Shown piece by piece: positions 1 to 8,715 of a DNA stretch of 22,439 bases. Under the pieces are notes generated by a model that did not search any database, was not told the origin of the DNA, and was given only the letters and a program-made list of their open reading frames with translations. The DNA lies in the IMG/VR virus record IMGVR_UViG_3300031088_000759; one strand, given 5' to 3'. Each line of letters begins with the position of its first letter. Position 1 is the stretch's first letter. The DNA comes from a virus. The translations under genes were made by a program, and so were the position numbers.

Positions 1-276
1 GATCTTAAAACAAAATCAGAAAATAGTAAAAATTGTTTTATCACAGCTTCTCAAGAATTAGAAAACATTTTTGCTCTTATGGAACAGGAAATCCGTAAAG
101 CTCAGCAAGAAGAAACTAATAAAGAAGTTCTTGATGTGTTAGTAGCAATGGAAGGAAAATATGACCATCCAAGTTCAAAGTCTACGGATTCTACACATGG
201 AATTAAAAAACACGAAGAAGAGCAAACAGAGGAATACATTCTTATAAAAGACAAAAAATATCAGATTGTGAATTAA
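1..276 (+). CDS. Hypothetical protein, 3' part (5'-truncated by the window edge)
   Basis: The frame of the 79..276 ORF is open back to base 1 (DLKTKSENSK...). It ends in TAA just before a long hairpin. Confidence 0.7.
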   Translation, partial: DLKTKSENSKNCFITASQELENIFALMEQEIRKAQQEETNKEVLDVLVAMEGKYDHPSSKSTDSTHGIKKHEEEQTEEYILIKDKKYQIVN

Positions 277-280
277 AAAG

Positions 281-337
281 TCAGATCTGAGAGAACCACA
301 CAAAGCAACAAATTTTGTGTGGTTCTCTCAGATCTGA
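281..337. terminator. Bidirectional terminator-like hairpin, 24-bp perfect stem
   Basis: 281-304 TCAGATCTGAGAGAACCACACAAA is the exact reverse complement of 314-337, with a 9-nt loop, between convergent genes. Confidence 0.8.
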
Positions 338-338
338 T

Positions 339-944
339 TCAGAAAAGCTCAAGCATGTAATCTTCCCCTAAGAGTTCAGGGTTATCATAAACATTAACTG
401 TATACTTATCTTCTGGGTTATCTAAAATATTTAACCATTCTGAAATTCTCTCTTCTACACTCAACGCAAAAGTTTTTTCATTTTCGTTTTCTTTGCCGAG
501 AATATGACTATAAGAAAATTCAATATTAAATAAGTCATTCTTTAACTCATAACTGAACCATAATTCGTCGGGAACTTCTAATTGATGAAAACTAAGCAAA
601 GGAACCACTTCGTTGAGTAGGTCATTTCCTAAGTACTTGTGAAGACTTAATTTACGTTCAGAATCAAAATCAAAGTCAATCACTTCTTTAGTCTTCTCAT
701 CTATAAATTCAGCATCATGTAGAGTATTGAGCTGGTATTTGATACCATTAATTTCAAAAATTGGAACTATTACTGCTGAAGCTTTTGATTTAATCCGAGC
801 GTATAAGTAAACTTTCTCAGGTTTATCTTTAGCATAGCCATATACTGTTCTCAGCATTCCTCGTAGTATGCGAGATACAGTTTTGTCAACACCAGCAGCA
901 GGGCCAGTATTGTTCTCAGCATTGTTTATCTTTACTTCAAGCAT
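339..944 (-). CDS. Hypothetical protein, weak resemblance to DUF600/YezG-like immunity proteins
   Basis: 201-aa ORF with GAAAGG upstream. Segments EKVYLY..IFEING..VPDELWFSYE..FSY recall that family by eye; the product call is weak. Confidence 0.65.
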   Translation of the reverse strand: MLEVKINNAENNTGPAAGVDKTVSRILRGMLRTVYGYAKDKPEKVYLYARIKSKASAVIVPIFEINGIKYQLNTLHDAEFIDEKTKEVIDFDFDSERKLSLHKYLGNDLLNEVVPLLSFHQLEVPDELWFSYELKNDLFNIEFSYSHILGKENENEKTFALSVEERISEWLNILDNPEDKYTVNVYDNPELLGEDYMLELF

Positions 945-1080
945 CTAATAACCTTTCAACGGATAGAGTAGTATGTTGAATATCTTAACGTTTTTAAAGA
1001 TAAACCGTAATTTCTCCTTGTTTAGATAACAGATTTTAAACAGTTTTCACAATTCCTTCACATTTTCACACTTTCTTCAC

Positions 1081-1570
1081 GTTTGAATCTTACATGGTAT
1101 GTAAATAAGCTTGTCGCTTTAGCGTTTTACATTTTCTACCAACCCGAAAGAAACAAGACTATGGGAATTAGCTACTAGTAGAGCAGAATCAACCGGTACA
1201 CTCAACTCCTGTTAAAGATTACTGTTTTCTACGCTAAACTGAAGAGCTCAAAACAGACTGTGAAAGGCTTACAAAACGCACCCTAAAAAACTCTCTTTAA
1301 TTCTTCACTATTTACAGGTCTTTTTAGGGGTTTACGAGAAGTTTTTTCAGAAATCTAATTTTCGATAGGGGATACAGTAATTACTAATTCTCTGTCTCAG
1401 AATGCTTTGAGGTGTTTTCTCTTCTATTGTTATTACTACTACCAAAACAGTGCGTAGGGTATTAAAGTCTGAGCTACAAACCGTCTGCCAGGTTCACCAG
1501 TTTTGAGGTTTCCCTAAAATGTAAAACGCTAAAGCGACAAGCTTATTTACATACCATGTAAGATTCAAAC
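1081..1570. repeat. Perfect 55-bp inverted repeat (1081-1135 / 1516-1570) flanking a 380-bp non-coding segment
   Basis: GTTTGAATCTTACATGGTATGTAAATAAGCTTGTCGCTTTAGCGTTTTACATTTT and its exact reverse complement, checked base by base. Confidence 0.95.
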
Positions 1571-1704
1571 CAGATTTTTAGGGTAAATCGGACATTATTG
1601 CGGTTTTTAGTGCTTAATGATCTTATTAGTTGAACATATATTATTTTTGTTAATTAGAAAAACGAACATATAATTCTTAATAAAAGTTAGATGAGGTTTA
1701 AAGT

Positions 1705-2826
1705 ATGGCTAAATGGCACGTGAATCAAGAAACAGGAAATGTAGGTAAATGCTCAGCTTCAATTAAAAGTTGCCCTTTTGGTGAAGAGTCAGAGCATTAT
1801 TCCAGTCGTGCTGAAGCTTTATATGCTTATGAGTCGGCAAATTCTAAAAATACTTTCAACCAAACTTTGAAGAAAAAGAACAATAAAAGCCTTACTAAGA
1901 AAGCTTACAGATTTGTCGCTCTTGGAGGGGTAGCACTAAGTTCAATGAGTCTTGTTGCCTGTGAAAGCGACATCGCAGTAAGTGATGATGGAAATATAGA
2001 AATCACTGTTGATGGAGAAACTGTTGACATTGAGACTAGTAGCGAACCCTCTGAGCCTACTGAATCCGCATCTGATAGCTCTAATGAAGAATCCTCATCT
2101 ACATCAAATGAAGAAATTGTTTGGCAAGGAAGAAGCATACAGCCATCTTCTGAAGAAGTTGAAGAAGCGAAGAACAACTTGAATGAGCTTGTAATAGCAG
2201 ATGAATTAGTAAGACCTGACTATTCTCGTGATGAAATGTTTGGTAGTTTTAAATCGGGAACAGTTGAATCCATACAGTTAAGAGATTTGCCTAATGCTGA
2301 GTTCGGCGAGAACGCTAAGGCAGATGGTGGATATATGATTGATCCATATACTGGTGATCACGTTGAAATAAGCGCTGAAAATAGAGCAGACATAGACACT
2401 GAACATATCATAGCATTGAAAGAGGTTACAGAATCCGAGAGAATTGTGATTAACTCTGACAGTGAAGCACAAGCAATTAAAGAGGACCCTCAGTTATTAT
2501 ATGATTATGTAGATAGTGGTGAAGCAAACTTTACAGAAGAAGAAATACAATCTATAATGAACAATCCTGAAGATTTAGATCTTTATTACTTAGATTCTGA
2601 CGCTAAGAAAGACATTGCTAATGATGAAGATAATTTGGCAATAGTCGGAAGCTCAGCAAACCGAAGCAAGGGAGATCAGGATCCGGGACAATGGATGCCT
2701 AGTTATGAGCCTATTCATTGTACATATATTGTGTCTTCTATAAAAGTAAAAACTAACTACAATTTATCAGTTGATTCCCAAGAAGAGTCTGTCATGAGGG
2801 ACACCTTAGAGAACAAATGTGGATAA
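1705..2826 (+). CDS. DUF1524/GmrSD-C-type HNH endonuclease, putative lipoprotein, with N-terminal HCCH module
   Basis: Motifs DYSRDEMFG, DPYTG, DIDTEHIIALKE, ANDEDNL, ANRSKGDQDPGQWMP, C-x-Y...VK..YNLSVD. Basic region plus hydrophobic stretch and lipobox LVAC (Cys86). GAGG RBS. Confidence 0.8.
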   Translation: MAKWHVNQETGNVGKCSASIKSCPFGEESEHYSSRAEALYAYESANSKNTFNQTLKKKNNKSLTKKAYRFVALGGVALSSMSLVACESDIAVSDDGNIEITVDGETVDIETSSEPSEPTESASDSSNEESSSTSNEEIVWQGRSIQPSSEEVEEAKNNLNELVIADELVRPDYSRDEMFGSFKSGTVESIQLRDLPNAEFGENAKADGGYMIDPYTGDHVEISAENRADIDTEHIIALKEVTESERIVINSDSEAQAIKEDPQLLYDYVDSGEANFTEEEIQSIMNNPEDLDLYYLDSDAKKDIANDEDNLAIVGSSANRSKGDQDPGQWMPSYEPIHCTYIVSSIKVKTNYNLSVDSQEESVMRDTLENKCG

Positions 2827-2983
2827 TTTTCGCTTGAAAACAATAAAGCACTTTTTGTTTAATTTATTCGTTAAATATTCATAATAGGTACATTCCTGTT
2901 GTTTAATGATTTGATCCTTAGAATATGTTGATAAGATTCTTATTATAAGAATAATGTTAATGTAGAGTTTTGAGGATTCTAAT

Positions 2984-3376
2984 ATGGTGGATAAACAGCA
3001 AGAAATATATAAAGAATTATTGTGGATAGCAGAATACCCTGGCAAAGAAGCCATTGTTGCTACTGATGATGACGTATTCTCTTCTTACAGCGATGATCAA
3101 CAAAAAGTTTTCTTAGAAAGCTTGATTGTTTTAGCATTAGATAAATTAAGTGTAGATTTGTTGAATGTTTCAATTCATGATGAAAGTCAAAGTATCCCTA
3201 TTAGTGTAGATCCTAGGCACAAAAACATTGTGGTTGGAATGTCTTTTCTGATGAATGGTGATAAGAATTTTGATTTATTGCTTTATTTCGGTGGAAAAGC
3301 GGATGACTCTACTGAACTTTCTAATGGTATTTATCATGCTGCTAAGGTTTTACAAACTCTTCAATCTAATCTTTAA
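2984..3376 (+). CDS. Hypothetical protein
   Basis: 130-aa ORF with GAGGA RBS. Confidence 0.75.
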   Translation: MVDKQQEIYKELLWIAEYPGKEAIVATDDDVFSSYSDDQQKVFLESLIVLALDKLSVDLLNVSIHDESQSIPISVDPRHKNIVVGMSFLMNGDKNFDLLLYFGGKADDSTELSNGIYHAAKVLQTLQSNL

Positions 3377-3485
3377 GAAGTTCAAAAAACTTAGAGGATG
3401 AACATAATCAAAACTTTGTGAAAACTTTTTCTTGTGGTAGAATTATCTTGATTATGATTATGTATTTTTTGAGAGGAAAACTTTT

Positions 3486-3854
3486 ATGAACACTGACAAA
3501 GATCAGGCAATTGTCTTTTATGAGCCTGCTAATGGAACAGGAGTGCGCGGAATCGTTATTCATGATGAAGGAAGTGAGATTCCAGAGGTTTTACGTAATC
3601 GTTTTCAAGGTGGATACAAGAAACTTACTGAATGGATTGAAAACGGAGTCTCTGGTGGCGGGTATCATACACCTGAAGATGTTATTACTTTTGTGAATCC
3701 GGGAGATTCCTTTGAAGAAGAATTTCAAGCATTGAATGAAATTGATATTGCTCTTTCTCCTGTCAATCAGATTTATAGAATTAATAGAAACGGTACAATC
3801 ACTCGTGTACAGGCTCATTTAAAAGTAGAATTCATGAAAGTTGAAGAACAATGA
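3486..3854 (+). CDS. Hypothetical protein
   Basis: 122-aa ORF, GAGAGGA RBS, first of three genes coupled by ATGA overlaps. Confidence 0.8.
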   Translation: MNTDKDQAIVFYEPANGTGVRGIVIHDEGSEIPEVLRNRFQGGYKKLTEWIENGVSGGGYHTPEDVITFVNPGDSFEEEFQALNEIDIALSPVNQIYRINRNGTITRVQAHLKVEFMKVEEQ

Positions 3855-4249
3855 TTAAAGAAGTTTATATAGCATCTAAGTATGAAGGTGACATTGTTGA
3901 ACAATATATTATTCATGATGATAACACTTCCATTCTTCAGTGGATGTTTGATGGAGTTGCTGAACATGATAGTGTTGTCAGGAAAATACTTATGGTTAAG
4001 CTGACAGAATCGGAAACACAAGAAGTTACAGAAAGAAACGCTGCAAAAGTAGGAATTCTTGAATCAGTGAGAAGTAAATTAACTTATCCCGAAGCAAAAA
4101 TAATGTTCATCCGTAGAGCAGCCCCTTATACTTTTTCTCAAAGCACAATCACTATTCCTACTAGCGGAAGCGAAGACGATTTTCTAGATTATATTGATGG
4201 AATAAGCAACAATATTGAAGACCTTAAACACGGAAAGCTTTCATCATGA
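3851..4249 (+). CDS. Hypothetical protein
   Basis: 132-aa ORF with ATGA overlaps at both ends. Confidence 0.8.
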   Translation: MIKEVYIASKYEGDIVEQYIIHDDNTSILQWMFDGVAEHDSVVRKILMVKLTESETQEVTERNAAKVGILESVRSKLTYPEAKIMFIRRAAPYTFSQSTITIPTSGSEDDFLDYIDGISNNIEDLKHGKLSS

Positions 4250-4755
4250 GCAATAAAAAAACTAAAATTATTCTTGACGCTGGAACTGATACAGCACTCT
4301 TTATAGAAGCGTCTACCCCCGCTGATAGGGCTTTAATGATTCCTGTTTCTGAGAGCGCTATTATCCAAAAAATGATGAAGAGAAAGATTTTTGTCAATAC
4401 GTTTAAAGCTTTAATGACAGTAGTGTGGTTGTCAAGTTTTTTCTTAATGAAAAACAGTGTTGCTAATTCTGGTCTACAAGAAACAACTCAAAACATTGTG
4501 TATTTTGTATTTTTAGGAATCGCTATTTTCGGGAGTATTCTTCTTTACAAAAGTTTGTCAAATGTTTTTGATACACCTGATGAAAAACTTCTTGTAGAGT
4601 ATGCCAGAGAAGAGATCAGAAAAAATAAATACACTGGAACTTCTACTGAGGAATATTACATCAAATCTTCTTATCTCTATTCTGGTACAGATGGCGATTT
4701 TATTACATGGTATAAACAAGAGAAGAACAAAAAGAGCAGCATTCGAAAATCTTAA
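4246..4755 (+). CDS. Hypothetical membrane protein (about 2 TM)
   Basis: 169 aa, two hydrophobic segments, ATGA overlap with the upstream gene. Confidence 0.8.
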   Translation: MSNKKTKIILDAGTDTALFIEASTPADRALMIPVSESAIIQKMMKRKIFVNTFKALMTVVWLSSFFLMKNSVANSGLQETTQNIVYFVFLGIAIFGSILLYKSLSNVFDTPDEKLLVEYAREEIRKNKYTGTSTEEYYIKSSYLYSGTDGDFITWYKQEKNKKSSIRKS

Positions 4756-4802
4756 ATCAAGTAATATAATAAATAATTCTATATAGTAAAAAGGTCAATA
4801 TA

Positions 4803-5237
4803 ATGAATACAGAAATCCTCAACTTCATTTCTTCAAGCATCTCTATTGTTGCGGTGTTAATTATTCTTATATCTTTGCCTGGGGTTGCATCATCGCTATT
4901 ATTCAAAAATATAGAAGAAAGATCTTACACTTTTTTGAAAAATCCAGATAATACTATGTCTTTTGGTGTAATGATTTTGCTTATTGGAAAGCTAGGAACA
5001 ACAGTATCTAACAATGATTTAAATAATAGCCAAATTATTTACGGGATCATTATTACTATCGCTGCTACGCTTTATATTTTGTGTAGAATTTTTGCAGCTC
5101 AAAGCTTAAAGAAGAATCTATTAAATTCTAAGTCTTTGTCAAACAGCAACAAAATTGTTAATGTTCAGCCCAAGGTGGCGGAAATACTTATTATAGGTTT
5201 AAATGTTATTTTGATACAACATTTTGTTCTTGTCTGA
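4803..5237 (+). CDS. Hypothetical membrane protein (about 4 TM)
   Basis: 144 aa, several hydrophobic segments, AAAGG RBS. Confidence 0.75.
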   Translation: MNTEILNFISSSISIVAVLIILISLPGVASSLLFKNIEERSYTFLKNPDNTMSFGVMILLIGKLGTTVSNNDLNNSQIIYGIIITIAATLYILCRIFAAQSLKKNLLNSKSLSNSNKIVNVQPKVAEILIIGLNVILIQHFVLV

Positions 5238-5478
5238 TTAATGAGTTATTCAGTTTCAGATTAGAATTTGCCTTAATTGATTGATGACAATTATTGGTTC
5301 TATCTCTTGTGATAGTTGTTATTGTTGAATTTATTAAAATTATTGAAATATTTTTAATATTAATTAAAATTCATCATAATCTTGTTAAGATAACATTGAA
5401 AAACAAGCATGTAATTCATCCAGGATTGTAATAAGTATTATTTTTGGATGAAGAGTATTTTATTATGAGGAGTCTGTT

Positions 5479-6237
5479 GTGCGTTTAGATGAGGTTCTGA
5501 GAACTGCTAATAATTCTAGTGAGGAATACACAGAAAAAGACGTGGTTGATTTATTCAAGCGTAAAAACTATGGTCATTGGCCTTCTGAAAGCGGTGAAGT
5601 TGTTATTGAAACTGATAATGGCAATATTGTATTGACTATTGGACGCAAAATGGTGGGTTCAAATAGAATACTTAATCCGCAAGGCAAAGCCTGGTTGATC
5701 AACAAGTTTTTTGAGGGTTTCAGCCCAGAAGCTTTGAAGGATATAAAATCTTTGGAAGAATACCAACCTCGAAATCGCAGAATTAGTCCTTCAGAAAAAT
5801 CAAATCCTCAAAAATTTCATAATCGTGTAGTAAAAAGAATGAGTCAGAGCAAAACTCAATTTGTTAAAAGTGGTAATACGAGATTAGCTTTTGTAGAAAG
5901 AAAAAGATTGAATAATGATGAGAGTGTATTGTATAGTTATGATATAAATATACTTGACTGTGATAAAACAAGCAAATATGCTTTAATGCTTCCTGGCCTT
6001 AAACCTTATATTCAAGTTTTTGAAGAATATAAGGGTGAAATAGTAAAAAGTACTATCTCTGTGGATGGAAGAACTTTTGGTGATATGGAACCTTGGGAGC
6101 GTGCAGAATATATAGCAATGACGCATATAGATATTTTTAATTTTCAAAAGGTTTCTAAGGAGTATTTAAATGCTGCTTTTCTCCTTACAGAATCTTATGA
6201 CCCTGATCAAATTCAGTTTTTTAATCAATTCATTTAA
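5479..6237 (+). CDS. Hypothetical protein
   Basis: 252-aa ORF, GTG start with GAGGAG RBS. Confidence 0.8.
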   Translation: MRLDEVLRTANNSSEEYTEKDVVDLFKRKNYGHWPSESGEVVIETDNGNIVLTIGRKMVGSNRILNPQGKAWLINKFFEGFSPEALKDIKSLEEYQPRNRRISPSEKSNPQKFHNRVVKRMSQSKTQFVKSGNTRLAFVERKRLNNDESVLYSYDINILDCDKTSKYALMLPGLKPYIQVFEEYKGEIVKSTISVDGRTFGDMEPWERAEYIAMTHIDIFNFQKVSKEYLNAAFLLTESYDPDQIQFFNQFI

Positions 6238-6369
6238 AAAACGATTAGGTTAAAAAGTACATTATGAACGAAGTATTGTTTAAATAATTCGAATAATATT
6301 TAAAGATGAATGTTTAGAAAAGTCTATTATTAACATGTAGAACAACTTTTATACTATAAGGAATGTAAT

Positions 6370-7209
6370 ATGACTAAGTACCATATAAGCCCAAAAAGCG
6401 GTCGTCCTAATATTTGTCGTGCTGATAAGCAGGAATGCCCTCTAAAATCTGATGACGGAAAACCAGCGCCTCACTTTACAGATAAGTCAGAAGCAAAAGC
6501 TTACGCAGAAGGAATGCTTACAGAAGAACATGGTGCACTAAGTGTCATTGTTAAAAAGAAGCCTGAAAACAAAAAGACTTCTAAAGTAAAAACTTCAAAC
6601 AAAGAAGTTAATCAAGAAGCGGAGGAGAAAAGAGAGAGAAATACTTTATCTACCCCTATTCAAAGACCAAGAGTAGAAGAAATTCCTGATAATGCTATTA
6701 AAATCCTACAAAACAAAGAACGTTCAGTTCCTAGCTTGTCTAAAAAGCAAGAAAAGAAACTTGATGCTGATGTTGCCTTAGTTCTTGATAAAAATGTGGG
6801 AATTGATGAGAAAAAAGAGCTTTTGAAGAATCATTTAACTACTCCTGAAAAACGAGATGAAATAGCCGCAAGATTTACTGAACAAGGGTATTCTTTAGAA
6901 GACAGTTCAATTTATTCAGCACTTCTTAACAATGAGACTGGTGTTAATCTAACTCTTCGTAATGCCATAAGAGAGACTGAATCTAACGGAGAAACAACAT
7001 TGTCAGATGTTTTAATTAACGCTGAGGAAGCATCATATAGCCAAAACAATAGCTATAGTTCAGATAGGTTCTCTGAGTTCACTTATTCTGATAAAGAGTT
7101 AACTTTGGAAGACTTAGATAATGACACTGAAGAAGCACCTGATTTCTTAGCGGATGATCCTGATTTCGCTATTGATGAAGATGACGATGATTTTGATGAT
7201 GAAGATTGA
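6370..7209 (+). CDS. Hypothetical protein with N-terminal HCCH module and acidic C-terminal tail
   Basis: 279 aa. Starts KYH..GRPNICRA..CP..HF..EAKAYAE and ends in a D/E-rich tail. AAGGA RBS. Confidence 0.85.
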   Translation: MTKYHISPKSGRPNICRADKQECPLKSDDGKPAPHFTDKSEAKAYAEGMLTEEHGALSVIVKKKPENKKTSKVKTSNKEVNQEAEEKRERNTLSTPIQRPRVEEIPDNAIKILQNKERSVPSLSKKQEKKLDADVALVLDKNVGIDEKKELLKNHLTTPEKRDEIAARFTEQGYSLEDSSIYSALLNNETGVNLTLRNAIRETESNGETTLSDVLINAEEASYSQNNSYSSDRFSEFTYSDKELTLEDLDNDTEEAPDFLADDPDFAIDEDDDDFDDED

Positions 7210-7226
7210 TTATTAAAAAACTAATT

Positions 7227-7284
7227 AATAAATATAGTGAGAGCGACCAAAAACAAACATTTGGTCGCTCTCACTATATTTATT
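7227..7284. terminator. Bidirectional terminator-like hairpin, 25-bp perfect stem
   Basis: 7227-7251 is the reverse complement of 7260-7284, between convergent genes. Confidence 0.8.
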
Positions 7285-7298
7285 TGATATGTTATTGG

Positions 7299-7505
7299 TC
7301 AGTTAGAGAAAGAAGCAATAACCTGAGTATTTCCGTTATTATCCACCTCTGTAACATTTCCACTAACATTAAGGTCAGCAGTCATCTTTGCCAGATTCAT
7401 GAAAAGCTTCCGGCCTGCCTTGAAGTTTTCGTTTGCCAGCTCACGAGAGCTGTACTCTTCAACTTCAATCTTATCATTTGCTGTAAACTCAACGATCCAC
7501 TTCAT
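7299..7505 (-). CDS. Small hypothetical protein (68 aa, MKWIVEF...)
   Basis: GGAGG RBS precedes the ATG at 7505, so it is preferred over the track's start at 7520. Confidence 0.75.
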   Translation of the reverse strand: MKWIVEFTANDKIEVEEYSSRELANENFKAGRKLFMNLAKMTADLNVSGNVTEVDNNGNTQVIASFSN

Positions 7506-7543
7506 TTTTATAACCTCCAAAATATTTTATAGCTAGAAATAAG

Positions 7544-7572
7544 AAACAAAAACGCGGCTCCCGTTGAACCGC
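7544..7572 (-). terminator. Intrinsic terminator within a leader region
   Basis: Minus strand reads GCGGTTC-AACGG-GAGCCGC followed by GTTTTTGTTT (7-bp stem with one G-U pair, then a U-tract). Confidence 0.65.
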
Positions 7573-7662
7573 AATAAATTAAACAAATAATACATACAAT
7601 AGAGAACTAACGACTCATCATACTACTCCTTCAAATTCCTCACTAACGAATCTTATAAAAAT

Positions 7663-7691
7663 ATTATAACAAAAAAATCATACAATGTCAA
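7663..7691 (-). promoter_or_regulatory. Consensus sigma70/SigA promoter
   Basis: TTGACA-N17-TATAAT with an extended -10 TG on the minus strand. Confidence 0.85.
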
Positions 7692-7762
7692 ATCTCAGTG
7701 TTAGCTCTAAGTATTTTATTATGTTAAAATGAGAAGAGATGTATTGATAGCAAGGAGAAAAT

Positions 7763-8164
7763 ATGAAACCGCAAAAATATCATATTGAAACGATTCTTGA
7801 AAATATTTACGGAACGTTAGAGTATAAAATCGAAGAAGAAGAAACCCTTGATTCAGAATATCTTACACTAGAAGAAATCGAAGATTTAATTTCTGAATCA
7901 CTAAAAGGTTTTAAGAATACTTTATGCTTAGATTGTTGTGTTGAAACAATCCCCACAGAATACTATATGGTTACTAATGATCTTTGGAGTAAAGCAGTTC
8001 CCGAATATGAAGGAATGTTATGCATTGGATGCTTAGAAATGAGAATAGGCAGAAAACTTAATAAAAACGATTTCACAAAAGTTCCTGTTAACCATATAGA
8101 TGACCCTACACAAAGCAAACGGCTTAAAGATCGTAAGATTAGAACTGTTGATGATGATGACTGA
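7763..8164 (+). CDS. Phage-type CxxC...CxxC putative zinc-binding hypothetical protein
   Basis: CLDC...EYYMV..DLW...GMLCIGCLE.RIGR.L...DF motif resembles phage hypothetical proteins. AAGGAG RBS. Confidence 0.75.
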   Translation: MKPQKYHIETILENIYGTLEYKIEEEETLDSEYLTLEEIEDLISESLKGFKNTLCLDCCVETIPTEYYMVTNDLWSKAVPEYEGMLCIGCLEMRIGRKLNKNDFTKVPVNHIDDPTQSKRLKDRKIRTVDDDD

Positions 8165-8251
8165 AATAGACGGATATTAGATTAAGTAGTTATCTTCATT
8201 GGTTTGCTTAACATATAATTCGCAATAATTCGTAAAGGTTTGTGGTTCATT

Positions 8252-8656
8252 ATGCCCCAAGAAATTCTTTTTTCTTTGCCTACTGTTCTCTTGGTCATTA
8301 CTTTCTGTGTAGCTCTGTGTGTTATTGGCCTAGTTCTAAAAGACAAGATACAAGGTAAAGATGACAAGACAACATACAAACATAAAAGAACTATTCTAAT
8401 ATATATAGCCGCTATGGTAGGTTATATAGGTGCTATCCTCAATAAAGTGTTGCTTTTTACAAACGAAGAAGTAACCTTTTACAATTTTTTGATACCAATA
8501 ATCTTTTATCTTAGCATGGCAGTTCTAGCTGGTTATTTTGCTTTTAAAAAACCAGTTAAAGAAGACACAAATGGCTACACAGTAGAAGACTATTATTCTG
8601 TCCAATTTATCACTGTTCTTTTGTCAAGCTTTTTGCCTCTCATTCTTCTTCGCTAA
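8252..8656 (+). CDS. Hypothetical membrane protein (about 4 TM)
   Basis: Four hydrophobic segments. Start is ATG 8252 or TTG 8240. Confidence 0.75.
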   Translation: MPQEILFSLPTVLLVITFCVALCVIGLVLKDKIQGKDDKTTYKHKRTILIYIAAMVGYIGAILNKVLLFTNEEVTFYNFLIPIIFYLSMAVLAGYFAFKKPVKEDTNGYTVEDYYSVQFITVLLSSFLPLILLR

Positions 8657-8715
8657 ATAATAAGATTCTTGATAAGATATTGCTATTCAAGAATCGTTTG
8701 AGGAGTTGATGGCAT

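Noticed and set aside
1043-1070. DnaA boxes (GTTTTCACA, ATTTTCACA)
   Set aside because: Each has a mismatch to TTWTNCACA, and in AT-rich DNA that is not enough to call an origin.
1081-1570. CRISPR array (the arm starts GTTT and contains TGGTATGTAAAT)
   Set aside because: Only two copies, inverted and 380 bp apart, with no repeat-spacer periodicity and no cas genes.
1081-1570. Autonomous IS element
   Set aside because: No transposase ORF inside and no evident target-site duplication.
7206-7532. 108-aa plus-strand ORF
   Set aside because: Runs through a terminator hairpin and lies antisense to a gene with a good RBS.
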